NCBI GenBank assembly: GCA_937968065.1
Contig: CALBUD010000043.1
Coordinates: 1-29,578, forward strand
Length of the DNA stretch: 29,578 nt
Direction: 5' to 3'
DNA from: Candidatus Iainarchaeum sp.
GTDB taxonomy: Archaea > Iainarchaeota > Iainarchaeia > Iainarchaeales > CSSED10-239
A program made the position numbers and the translations under genes. The notes beneath the pieces are model-generated. The model did not search any database and had not been told where the DNA came from. It saw only the letters and a program-made list of their open reading frames with translations. Below, in pieces: positions 18,850 to 25,374 of the stretch. Within the stretch, counting starts at the first letter, position 1. Every line of letters starts with the position of its first letter.

Positions 18850-19032
18850 ATGAAATCAAAAATAAAAAGAATATTAAAAGAGAATAAGGGTCAGATTTCT
18901 TTAGAGTTAATTATTATATTAGGTGTAGTTATATTAGTAGCTTTAACTGTTGGTATATATCTTAAACAGACCTCTGCAAAAAACGTTGGAACAAGCATAA
19001 GTTATCAAAGAATTGTAGAGGGAGGAAGTTAG
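18850..19032 (+). CDS. Flp-sized class III signal-peptide prepilin (mature ~46 aa)
   Basis: 60 aa. 'KENKG|QISLELIIILGVVILVALTVGIY' is a basic leader, K-G-Q cleavage motif, Glu at +5 and one hydrophobic helix. No Cys. ATG lies 1 nt after the platform gene stop. Confidence 0.7.
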   Translation: MKSKIKRILKENKGQISLELIIILGVVILVALTVGIYLKQTSAKNVGTSISYQRIVEGGS

Positions 19033-19053
19033 AAACTAGGAAAGCTTTAGTTT
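19033..19053 (+). terminator. Weak hairpin AAACTA-N9-TAGTTT directly after the small pilin stop, followed by a T-rich stretch
   Basis: 6-bp perfect stem (19033-19038 / 19048-19053), extendable by two G-U pairs, then 'gttttctt'. Confidence 0.25.
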
Positions 19054-19106
19054 GTTTTCTTAAAAAGAAAGTTATATAAAGTTATTGCTTTACTAATTAA
19101 TTAATT

Positions 19107-19127
19107 TAACTTATGAAAAATAAGTTA
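19107..19127. repeat. 8-bp inverted repeat TAACTTAT-GAAAA-ATAAGTTA upstream of the candidate major pilin gene
   Basis: Read directly. Centre is ~64 nt upstream of the ATG at 19181. Could be an operator or a 5'-leader stem-loop. Confidence 0.6.
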
Positions 19128-19180
19128 TGCACTTAATGTGTAAAAAAATATTAAAAAAAATATAAAAAGGTGTTTAAAAA

Positions 19181-19705
19181 ATGAATAAAAAAATAAAAGG
19201 ACAAGGTGCGCTTGAATACCTTCTATTAATAGGTGGTGCAGTTTTAATCGCAGTAATTGTTATTGCGTTACTTGTTGGTATGGGTGGTCAATCAAGAGAT
19301 ACTGCTACAGAGCAAGGAGAAAGAGCTCAACAAGCAACAGATATTGCTCAACCAGCTCAAATTACAGGTATTGAATCATTTAGAGATGATTGTGTAGATA
19401 CTCCTGCTAATGCAAAATTTTCATTATCATGGGTTCCTGTTGGTGACGGTGGTGTTTATGAATTAATAATTAAAGATTCTAGAGGTAATATATTAGACGT
19501 AAGTTTAGATGATATGGATACAAATGATTTAGATCCTATAAAAACAGCTAATGTTACTGGTTCTGTTAATATCAATTCAGAAGCAGACGGAAATTCAATT
19601 AGTCCTGCAAATAATTGTGGAGACACATTCACTGCAGTAATTAAAACAACTAAAAACCAACAAACTGTAAATTCTCAATCAAGAATTTTCAGATGGTCAA
19701 ACTAG
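19181..19705 (+). CDS. Class III signal-peptide pilin with acidic beta-rich globular domain; candidate major pilin
   Basis: 174 aa. 'KKIKG|QGALEYLLLIGGAVLIAVIVIALLV'. Two Cys in the globular part ('DDCVD', 'NNCGD'). AGGTG SD 8 nt upstream. Own AT-rich upstream region, and a hairpin plus long oligo-T downstream. Confidence 0.8.
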   Translation: MNKKIKGQGALEYLLLIGGAVLIAVIVIALLVGMGGQSRDTATEQGERAQQATDIAQPAQITGIESFRDDCVDTPANAKFSLSWVPVGDGGVYELIIKDSRGNILDVSLDDMDTNDLDPIKTANVTGSVNINSEADGNSISPANNCGDTFTAVIKTTKNQQTVNSQSRIFRWSN

Positions 19706-19716
19706 AATTATAAATT

Positions 19717-19758
19717 AATATAGATTTTAATTAATCTATATTTTTTTTATTTTTTTTT
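19717..19758 (+). terminator. 10-bp stem hairpin followed by T8-A-T9 after the candidate major pilin gene
   Basis: 19717-19726 (AATATAGATT) pairs with 19733-19742 across a 6-nt loop. Oligo-T runs follow at 19741-19748 and 19750-19758. It starts 12 nt after the TAG stop. Confidence 0.55.
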
Positions 19759-19817
19759 AAAAATTAATTTAAATATTTATAAAAAAAGAAGATAAAATAA
19801 AAAGAAAGTGATATATA

Positions 19818-20249
19818 ATGGATTTTATAAAAAATAAAGGAAAAGGACAAGGTGCCTTAGAATATTTATTAATTATTGGAGCTGCATTAATTGTCGCTGT
19901 TACAGTTATTGTTCTTGTAATTAGTATGAGCGGATCTAGTACAGAACAAGCAGGACAACAAGGTGAAACCTTAAGTACATTAATCGATAATGCATTAAAT
20001 CCTCCTGTTGTAACTTATATTAATGGTTGTGGAGATGGTGCAAAAATACATTTAATTGAAACTGAGACAAATGGTACTTATAAAATTTATAAGGATGGAA
20101 CTGCTGTTGGAGGCATATATACTGCAAGTAATGGAATTATTACTTTAGATTTAGAATCCGCAGAGTCAACAGATAGAATAACAGTTAGTTTAGTAAAAAA
20201 CAACAGAGAATCAAGACCTTCAACACCATCAAGTAGATGTACTCCATAA
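19818..20249 (+). CDS. Class III signal-peptide pilin, paralogue of 19181..19705
   Basis: 143 aa. 'NKGKG|QGALEYLLIIGAALIVAVTVIVLVI'. Two Cys ('NGCGD', 'SRCTP'). 'TYKIYKDGTAVG...ITVSLVKNNRESRPS' resembles FN3-like beta-sandwich patterns. GTGAT 5 nt upstream of the ATG. Confidence 0.8.
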   Translation: MDFIKNKGKGQGALEYLLIIGAALIVAVTVIVLVISMSGSSTEQAGQQGETLSTLIDNALNPPVVTYINGCGDGAKIHLIETETNGTYKIYKDGTAVGGIYTASNGIITLDLESAESTDRITVSLVKNNRESRPSTPSSRCTP

Positions 20250-20277
20250 ATAACATAATTAAAATTACAGAAAACAT

Positions 20278-20472
20278 ATGATTTCCAAAAAATTACAAGA
20301 TATTTTAAATGACCAAAAAGGTCAAGTCTCTTTAGAATATCTTGTGATGATTATCTTTGGAATGATTTTAGTTATAACAACCGGACTTGTTATTCTAAAT
20401 TTAAATAGTTTAGTAACTGTTGCAAAAGCTAAAATATTGACTTACAGGGATAACATTTTATCTTCTTTATAG
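20278..20472 (+). CDS. Flp-sized class III signal-peptide prepilin (second copy)
   Basis: 64 aa. 'NDQKG|QVSLEYLVMIIFGMILVITTGLVIL'. No Cys and a short C-terminal tail. Confidence 0.7.
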   Translation: MISKKLQDILNDQKGQVSLEYLVMIIFGMILVITTGLVILNLNSLVTVAKAKILTYRDNILSSL

Positions 20473-20503
20473 TTTTTTTTAAAATAAAAACTAAATTTTT
20501 TTT
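20473..20503 (+). terminator. Two T8 tracts after the second small pilin gene
   Basis: T8 at 20473-20480 directly after the stop, and T8 at 20496-20503. AT-rich background. Confidence 0.3.
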
Positions 20504-20517
20504 AAAAGGAAACAACT

Positions 20518-21639
20518 ATGTTTAATTTTTCTTTTTTTATATTTTCAATAACTCTTTTATTTTTAATAATTGCAAGTTTTTCAGATTTAAAAAAAAGAAC
20601 CATACCAAACAGTTTAGTTTTTTCTCTTTTAATCTTAGGAGTTATTATGAAGATTATAGAAGCAATTACTTTTTCTGAAATTAATATTTTCTTAAATGCT
20701 TCTTTATCTTTTATAATTACTGTTTTTGTATCTTACATTTTATGGGAAGTTGGTCTTTTTGCAGGTGGAGATTTAAAACTTTTTGCAGCAATCTCTTTTC
20801 TAAATCCTTTCAATCTTAATTTTTTAGGTTTTATTTTTTCTTTTGGAGTTATTAATTGGCCAATCTTTGCATTAACTTTAATAATTGTAAGTATTCTTTC
20901 AACAGCACCATTACTTATCCTTCATTCTTTGTATTATTTTATATTTAAAGGACATCATTTTATTTTATGGGAAATTTTAAAATCAAAGAACAACATTTCT
21001 TCATTTATTAATTCTGTTTTAATTATTTTCTTTATAAGTTCTTTTCTAAATATATTCTCACTAAATATATCTTATTTAATTTACTTTTTATTTTCTATTT
21101 TCTTTTTGTTGTTTTTTAGAAAGATAGAAAAACACAACAAAAACCATTTTTATTATTTAATATCTATTTTCTATGTTTGTTTAATAATATATTCAATTAT
21201 TTGTAAACAAAACCTCTTCTCTTTTTATGATTTTATAACAATTGTAATTATGATAAAACTAATCTTTTTACTTGTTACAATCTATAGAATAATTTCAGAG
21301 AAAATACTTAAAGAAACTAAAAAAATAAAAGATTTAAAAGAAGGAGATGTTGTATATAATAATTATTATAAAATAGGTTATAAAACTATTGAAAAAAACA
21401 TATCTTTTATTAATTATATTAAACAAACTATAAAAAACAACTATTCAAAAAATCTAATTATTGATTCTAGAAAGGTTGGTGGCTTAACTTCTAAAGACAT
21501 AACCTTTTTAAAGAGTTCTTATAAACATAATTTAGAGAAACCAGTAATTTTAAAGAAGACAATTCCATTTACCCCTTCAGTTTTAATAGGGTATCTAATA
21601 TTAAATGTTTTGGGAGATTTTATCTGGATGTTAATTTAA
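20518..21639 (+). CDS. Prepilin peptidase, A24 family GxGD aspartyl protease (EppA/PibD/FlaK-like) with large insertion
   Basis: 373 aa. First catalytic Asp 'FSDLKKRTIPN' (D23), second 'FAGGDLKLFAAI' (D85). C-terminal helix 'IPFTPSVLIGYLI' is typical of the family end. Extra TM segments and a ~85-aa soluble segment lie between them. Confidence 0.85.
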   Translation: MFNFSFFIFSITLLFLIIASFSDLKKRTIPNSLVFSLLILGVIMKIIEAITFSEINIFLNASLSFIITVFVSYILWEVGLFAGGDLKLFAAISFLNPFNLNFLGFIFSFGVINWPIFALTLIIVSILSTAPLLILHSLYYFIFKGHHFILWEILKSKNNISSFINSVLIIFFISSFLNIFSLNISYLIYFLFSIFFLLFFRKIEKHNKNHFYYLISIFYVCLIIYSIICKQNLFSFYDFITIVIMIKLIFLLVTIYRIISEKILKETKKIKDLKEGDVVYNNYYKIGYKTIEKNISFINYIKQTIKNNYSKNLIIDSRKVGGLTSKDITFLKSSYKHNLEKPVILKKTIPFTPSVLIGYLILNVLGDFIWMLI

Positions 21640-21680
21640 ATAAATTTTATAAAAAAGGAAGAAAGAGAGTGTGTTTATAA

Positions 21681-22160
21681 ATGAAAAATAAAAAAGGCCA
21701 AATTGCTATTGAATATATTATTTTTATATCTGTTTTATTATTATTTTTTCAAGCAATAGTATATCCTAATATAAATTTTTCAGAAAATGTGATTACTGAT
21801 ATTTATAATGCGACCCAGACAAAACAATCTATTGAAAAATTAGCAGAAGGCATTTCTTCTTTTTCTAGTTCTTCAGGATATGGTACTCGTTCAGTTTATT
21901 TCTATCTCCCAAATAATGGGGAATTTAAAGGTTGTGTGCAAGGAGGGGGAGTTACAAACCTTTCTTATTCTGTACAATTATCTCAACAAAATCCAAAACC
22001 AAGTTATATTTCTTCATGTGATGTAAATGCTCTTTGTAATTTTAAAAGAAAAATTTATATTGGCAAGGCCAATATTACTTGTACTGCTGTAGGCCCTGGT
22101 TTTAATGGTTATTTAAAAATTACAAAAGAAGAAGATGGTGATATAATTGTTGAACCATAA
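21681..22160 (+). CDS. Class III signal-peptide minor pilin-like protein
   Basis: 159 aa. 'KNKKG|QIAIEYIIFISVLLLFF'. Four Cys and four N-x-S/T sequons (NFS, NAT, NLS, NIT). Confidence 0.7.
   Translation: MKNKKGQIAIEYIIFISVLLLFFQAIVYPNINFSENVITDIYNATQTKQSIEKLAEGISSFSSSSGYGTRSVYFYLPNNGEFKGCVQGGGVTNLSYSVQLSQQNPKPSYISSCDVNALCNFKRKIYIGKANITCTAVGPGFNGYLKITKEEDGDIIVEP
22137..22142 (+). promoter_or_regulatory. Internal Shine-Dalgarno-like GGTGAT inside the 3' end of the upstream pilin gene, serving the TTG-initiated overlapping pilin gene
   Basis: GGTGAT read directly. TTG codons at 22147 and 22150. Confidence 0.5.
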
Positions 22161-22512
22161 AGCTCAAACAAGCATAGAGTTTTTAATGGTAATTTTATTT
22201 TTAATTCTTATAGCTATAACTGTTAGTGTTTTTTTAACTTCAACTTTTGATATTAGTGTTTCTGTTTATAAAACTAAAAACAGAACTTTAGAATATATTT
22301 CTTTATATCAAGATCCTTTGTATATTCAAAGCATAACTTATAATTATAATAATACTAATCTTGATATGTTTGTTTCTTTAAATAAAACACCAAATAACCT
22401 TTGTCCTGATCAAAACTATTTTGAGGAAAAATATAACTATGGATCTTTAAAAGATTATTTACAAACAAACACTAAATTTGACACAGTTACAATAACATTA
22501 TATTGTAACTAA
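22147..22512 (+). CDS. Class III signal-peptide minor pilin-like protein (TTG start, overlaps upstream gene)
   Basis: 121 aa. 'LNHKA|QTSIEFLMVILFLILIAITV'. Two Cys and three sequons. The first in-frame ATG would delete the signal motif. GGTGAT at 22137-22142 lies 4-7 nt upstream of tandem TTG codons (22147, 22150). Confidence 0.6.
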   Translation: MLNHKAQTSIEFLMVILFLILIAITVSVFLTSTFDISVSVYKTKNRTLEYISLYQDPLYIQSITYNYNNTNLDMFVSLNKTPNNLCPDQNYFEEKYNYGSLKDYLQTNTKFDTVTITLYCN

Positions 22513-22526
22513 AAGGAAAAATAATT

Positions 22527-23024
22527 ATGGATAAAAATTTATTATATTTACAAATCTTGTTTATGTTTGCAGTAATTGTAAACATATTTGTACAAAACAA
22601 ATTATTTTTAAATATATTGTTGGTGTTGCTTGTCTTTTTATTCTTTTTTAAAGAAGTGGATAATTATGTTTATAATAGAAATAAATATATGTATGTTGGA
22701 ATAGGTTTTTCTACAATTTTAGTTTTATTTATCTTAACTGAATATATAACTCACATATATTTCTTAGTATTTTTTATGTGTGGTGTTGTGTTATATCTTT
22801 ATCTTTATAAAGTTTTATTTAACACAAGTTATGGAACTGTTATAAAAAGTACAACTACAAGCATAACATTTAAAATTGAAGATTCTTTTTTTAAATCAAA
22901 AAAAGAACATACTTTAAAATATTCAAAAAAAGTTCCAATAGGGTCTACTGTCTTAGTTGAATTATCAAAATCAATTGTTTCTAAAAAACCCATAAAGGTT
23001 AAAAAAATAATTCCTAAACCATGA
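22527..23024 (+). CDS. Membrane protein (3-4 TM) with ~65-aa K-rich beta-type C-terminal domain, function unknown
   Basis: 165 aa. Hydrophobic N-terminal two-thirds, then 'YGTVIKSTTTSITFKIED...VPIGSTVLVELSK'. Starts 14 nt after the last pilin-like gene. Its stop overlaps the next start (ATGA). Confidence 0.55.
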   Translation: MDKNLLYLQILFMFAVIVNIFVQNKLFLNILLVLLVFLFFFKEVDNYVYNRNKYMYVGIGFSTILVLFILTEYITHIYFLVFFMCGVVLYLYLYKVLFNTSYGTVIKSTTTSITFKIEDSFFKSKKEHTLKYSKKVPIGSTVLVELSKSIVSKKPIKVKKIIPKP

Positions 23025-23389
23025 CTTTTAAATCTTTAAATATTTATTTAATAATTCTTACAGTTACTTCTCTTTTTATTTTATTTTTATATACTTTTTT
23101 TTATACTCCTTTAGAAATATCTTTGCTTGAAAACAACACTCTTCATTTAGAAAAAGTTGTTTCTGTTTCTGGAAATTTAAAAAACTTAGAGTTAAAAGAA
23201 AATAATTTATTTTTAGAGGCGTGCAACTATTCAAAATGTCTAAAAGCAGTTTATTTTAACATTTCTAAAAATAATCATGAATTACTAAATAACGCTTATC
23301 TTTATAATAAGCAAGTTAAGTTAACTGGTAAATACACTCTATATAATAAAAAAGAAGAAATTATAATTTATAAATTTGAGGTTAAATGA
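23021..23389 (+). CDS. Single-pass membrane-anchored protein with OB-fold-like ectodomain, function unknown
   Basis: 122 aa. N-terminal TM 'IYLIILTVTSLFILFLYTFF'. 'VVSVSGNLKNLELKENNLFLEACNYSKCLKAVYF...KQVKLTGKYTLYNKKEEIIIYKFEV' has the strand pattern of small OB-fold domains. CxxxxC pair. ATGA overlaps at both ends. Confidence 0.5.
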   Translation: MTFKSLNIYLIILTVTSLFILFLYTFFYTPLEISLLENNTLHLEKVVSVSGNLKNLELKENNLFLEACNYSKCLKAVYFNISKNNHELLNNAYLYNKQVKLTGKYTLYNKKEEIIIYKFEVK

Positions 23390-24573
23390 TATTTGATATT
23401 ATCTTAGGTTGTTTTTTAGGTTTTATTTTTGGTTTAATTCCCTCTCTTCACATTAATTTTATATCTTATCTATTCTTATATTTTGGATTATTTTTAGTTT
23501 TTCCAGATAAGTTTTATTTTTTCTTAAGTCTTTCAATCTCTCAATTAATAACAAGTTATCTTCCTCAGACTTTTTTCTCAGTTCCAAATGTTGAAAATAT
23601 AATGAATCTATTTCCTCTGCAAAGATTATTTTTAAAAGGAGAGGCTTTAAAAGCAATTTTTATAACTTTTGTAGGTTCTTTTTTTGGAGCTATCTTTGCA
23701 ATACTTTTACTTCCATTTCTTTATCTTCTTTTTTCTTCTCTAATAGGCTTTCATTTTTTTATTTCTTTTGCTATTCTTTTTGTACTTTTAAGTTTTGTTT
23801 ATTATCAAGAAAATCTAAAAGAAAGAATTATTGTTATTTTTATAATTCTCTCTTCTGGCCTTTTAGGTATTTTAACTTTAAAATACAATGTTTTTTTAAA
23901 AGAGTCTTTATTTGTGTGTGTTGTAGGATTATTTACTCTTCCTTTGTTATTTAAATCTATATTTGAAAAACAAACAAGAGTTTTTCAAAAAATAAATTTA
24001 AAAGAAATAAAATTAAATTTAAAAAAATCAATGATTTTTTCGTTTATGGGTTCTTTAGCATCAATGTTTATTATTCTAGTACCTTCTTTTTCATCCTCAC
24101 AAGCAGGAACCATGGTTTCAAGAATTAAAAGAAATCTTTCTTCTGAAGAATATATTTTATTATTTTCTAGTATATCCATAAGTGCTTTAATATTTTCCTA
24201 TTTTCTTGCTATGTTTTTTTATAAGCCAAGGCTAGGTTATTTTGCAATATTATTACTTGAAAAACAAATAATTCCAAGAACAGAGATTTTCTTTTTTATA
24301 ATAACTGTTCTTTTATCTGTTTGTTTAATTTTATTTATATTAAAATCAATAATCAAAGATATAATTGTTTTTATAAACAAACAAAATCTTACAAAAATAA
24401 ATGTATTTATCTTAATTTTTTCAATAGTTTTAGTTTTTTTAATATCTGGTATAAAGGCCTTACCAATTTTATTTTTAAGTGCTGTAATTGGGTATCTTCC
24501 TCTGCACTATAAAAAATCAAGAGTGATTTTAATGGCATACATTATGATTCCAACTCTTTTATTTTACCTATAA
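23386..24573 (+). CDS. Polytopic membrane protein (~10-11 TM), possibly TctA/DUF112-like
   Basis: 395 aa. N-terminus 'ILGCFLGFIFGLIPSLH' weakly resembles the TctA-family G-x-x-PG start. Otherwise no motif. Family assignment is tentative. Confidence 0.5.
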   Translation: MIFDIILGCFLGFIFGLIPSLHINFISYLFLYFGLFLVFPDKFYFFLSLSISQLITSYLPQTFFSVPNVENIMNLFPLQRLFLKGEALKAIFITFVGSFFGAIFAILLLPFLYLLFSSLIGFHFFISFAILFVLLSFVYYQENLKERIIVIFIILSSGLLGILTLKYNVFLKESLFVCVVGLFTLPLLFKSIFEKQTRVFQKINLKEIKLNLKKSMIFSFMGSLASMFIILVPSFSSSQAGTMVSRIKRNLSSEEYILLFSSISISALIFSYFLAMFFYKPRLGYFAILLLEKQIIPRTEIFFFIITVLLSVCLILFILKSIIKDIIVFINKQNLTKINVFILIFSIVLVFLISGIKALPILFLSAVIGYLPLHYKKSRVILMAYIMIPTLLFYL

Positions 24574-25310
24574 AGATTAAGTTTTAAAAGAAAAACAATA
24601 ATTTTATTTTTAAAACCAGGAATAAAAACTACTTTTTTCTTATCAAGTGCATTTATTGATTTTAAAACTACTTTTTCAGAAGACATGAATAAAAAAGAAG
24701 GTATTTTATCATATGTTTTTTCAAAAATCTTTGTTTTATTAAAGTTTGTTCTTGTAAAACCTGGACAAAGAGCTTGTATCTTTATGTTTTTCTTTTTTTT
24801 ATTAATCTCATGTTGCAATCCTTTTGAAAATTGAACAATATATCTTTTTGTAGAATTATAGATAATACTACTTATAGAAGAATATGTAAAAGCTGCAATT
24901 GATGCAAGATTAATTATTGTTCCTTTATTTCTTTTAATCATTTGTTCAATAACTGCTCTTGAAAGAAGTGTTGTTGCAAGAACATGCACGTTTATCATTT
25001 CTTCTGTTATCTTTATATCTGCTTCTATAAAATATTCTGGATCTCCAAACCCAGCATTATTTATTAAAACATCAACTTTTTCATTTTTAATTTTAATTAT
25101 AAGTTTTTTAATTTCTTCTGGTTTTGAAAGATCACAAATAAAATATTCGCAATTAATTTTATGTGTTTCTTCTAAGTCTTTTTTAATTTCCTCTAATCTT
25201 TTTTTATTTCTTGCAACTAAAAGTAAATCTTTTTTTCTTTTAGCATATTCATATGCAAAGGTTTTTCCAATTCCACTTGATGCTCCAGTAATTAATATTT
25301 TTTTTCTCAT
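24564..25310 (-). CDS. Short-chain dehydrogenase/reductase (classical SDR)
   Basis: 248 aa. 'TGASSGIGK' cofactor motif, 'NNAG', and catalytic 'S...YNSTK' (YxxxK). The 3' end overlaps the convergent gene by 10 nt. Confidence 0.85.
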   Translation of the reverse strand: MRKKILITGASSGIGKTFAYEYAKRKKDLLLVARNKKRLEEIKKDLEETHKINCEYFICDLSKPEEIKKLIIKIKNEKVDVLINNAGFGDPEYFIEADIKITEEMINVHVLATTLLSRAVIEQMIKRNKGTIINLASIAAFTYSSISSIIYNSTKRYIVQFSKGLQHEINKKKKNIKIQALCPGFTRTNFNKTKIFEKTYDKIPSFLFMSSEKVVLKSINALDKKKVVFIPGFKNKIIVFLLKLNLYR

Positions 25311-25374
25311 AAGTTTCTTTCTTTTTTTTTTTTAAAAAATAATATATATATACTTAAAAAACTATATATAATAT

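Noticed and set aside
19181-20249. Diversity-generating retroelement (TR/VR pair) targeting the pilin paralogues
   Set aside because: There is no reverse transcriptase gene in the window. There is no ~100-nt near-identical template/variable repeat pair. The shared sequence is limited to the conserved 5' signal/helix region.
14895-22512. Interpretation of the locus as an archaellum (motility) operon
   Set aside because: There is no archaellin-type N-terminus. There is no FlaF/FlaG, FlaH (KaiC-like) or FlaX/CDE-like gene. The platform is split into two genes. The substrates carry the QxSxEY class III pilin motif typical of Epd-type pili.
23459-24512. ORFs 23459..23656(-), 23985..24179(-) and 24321..24512(+), within the 395-aa membrane gene
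   Set aside because: They are short, with no start context, and lie inside a long continuous hydrophobic ORF that is translationally coupled to its neighbours.
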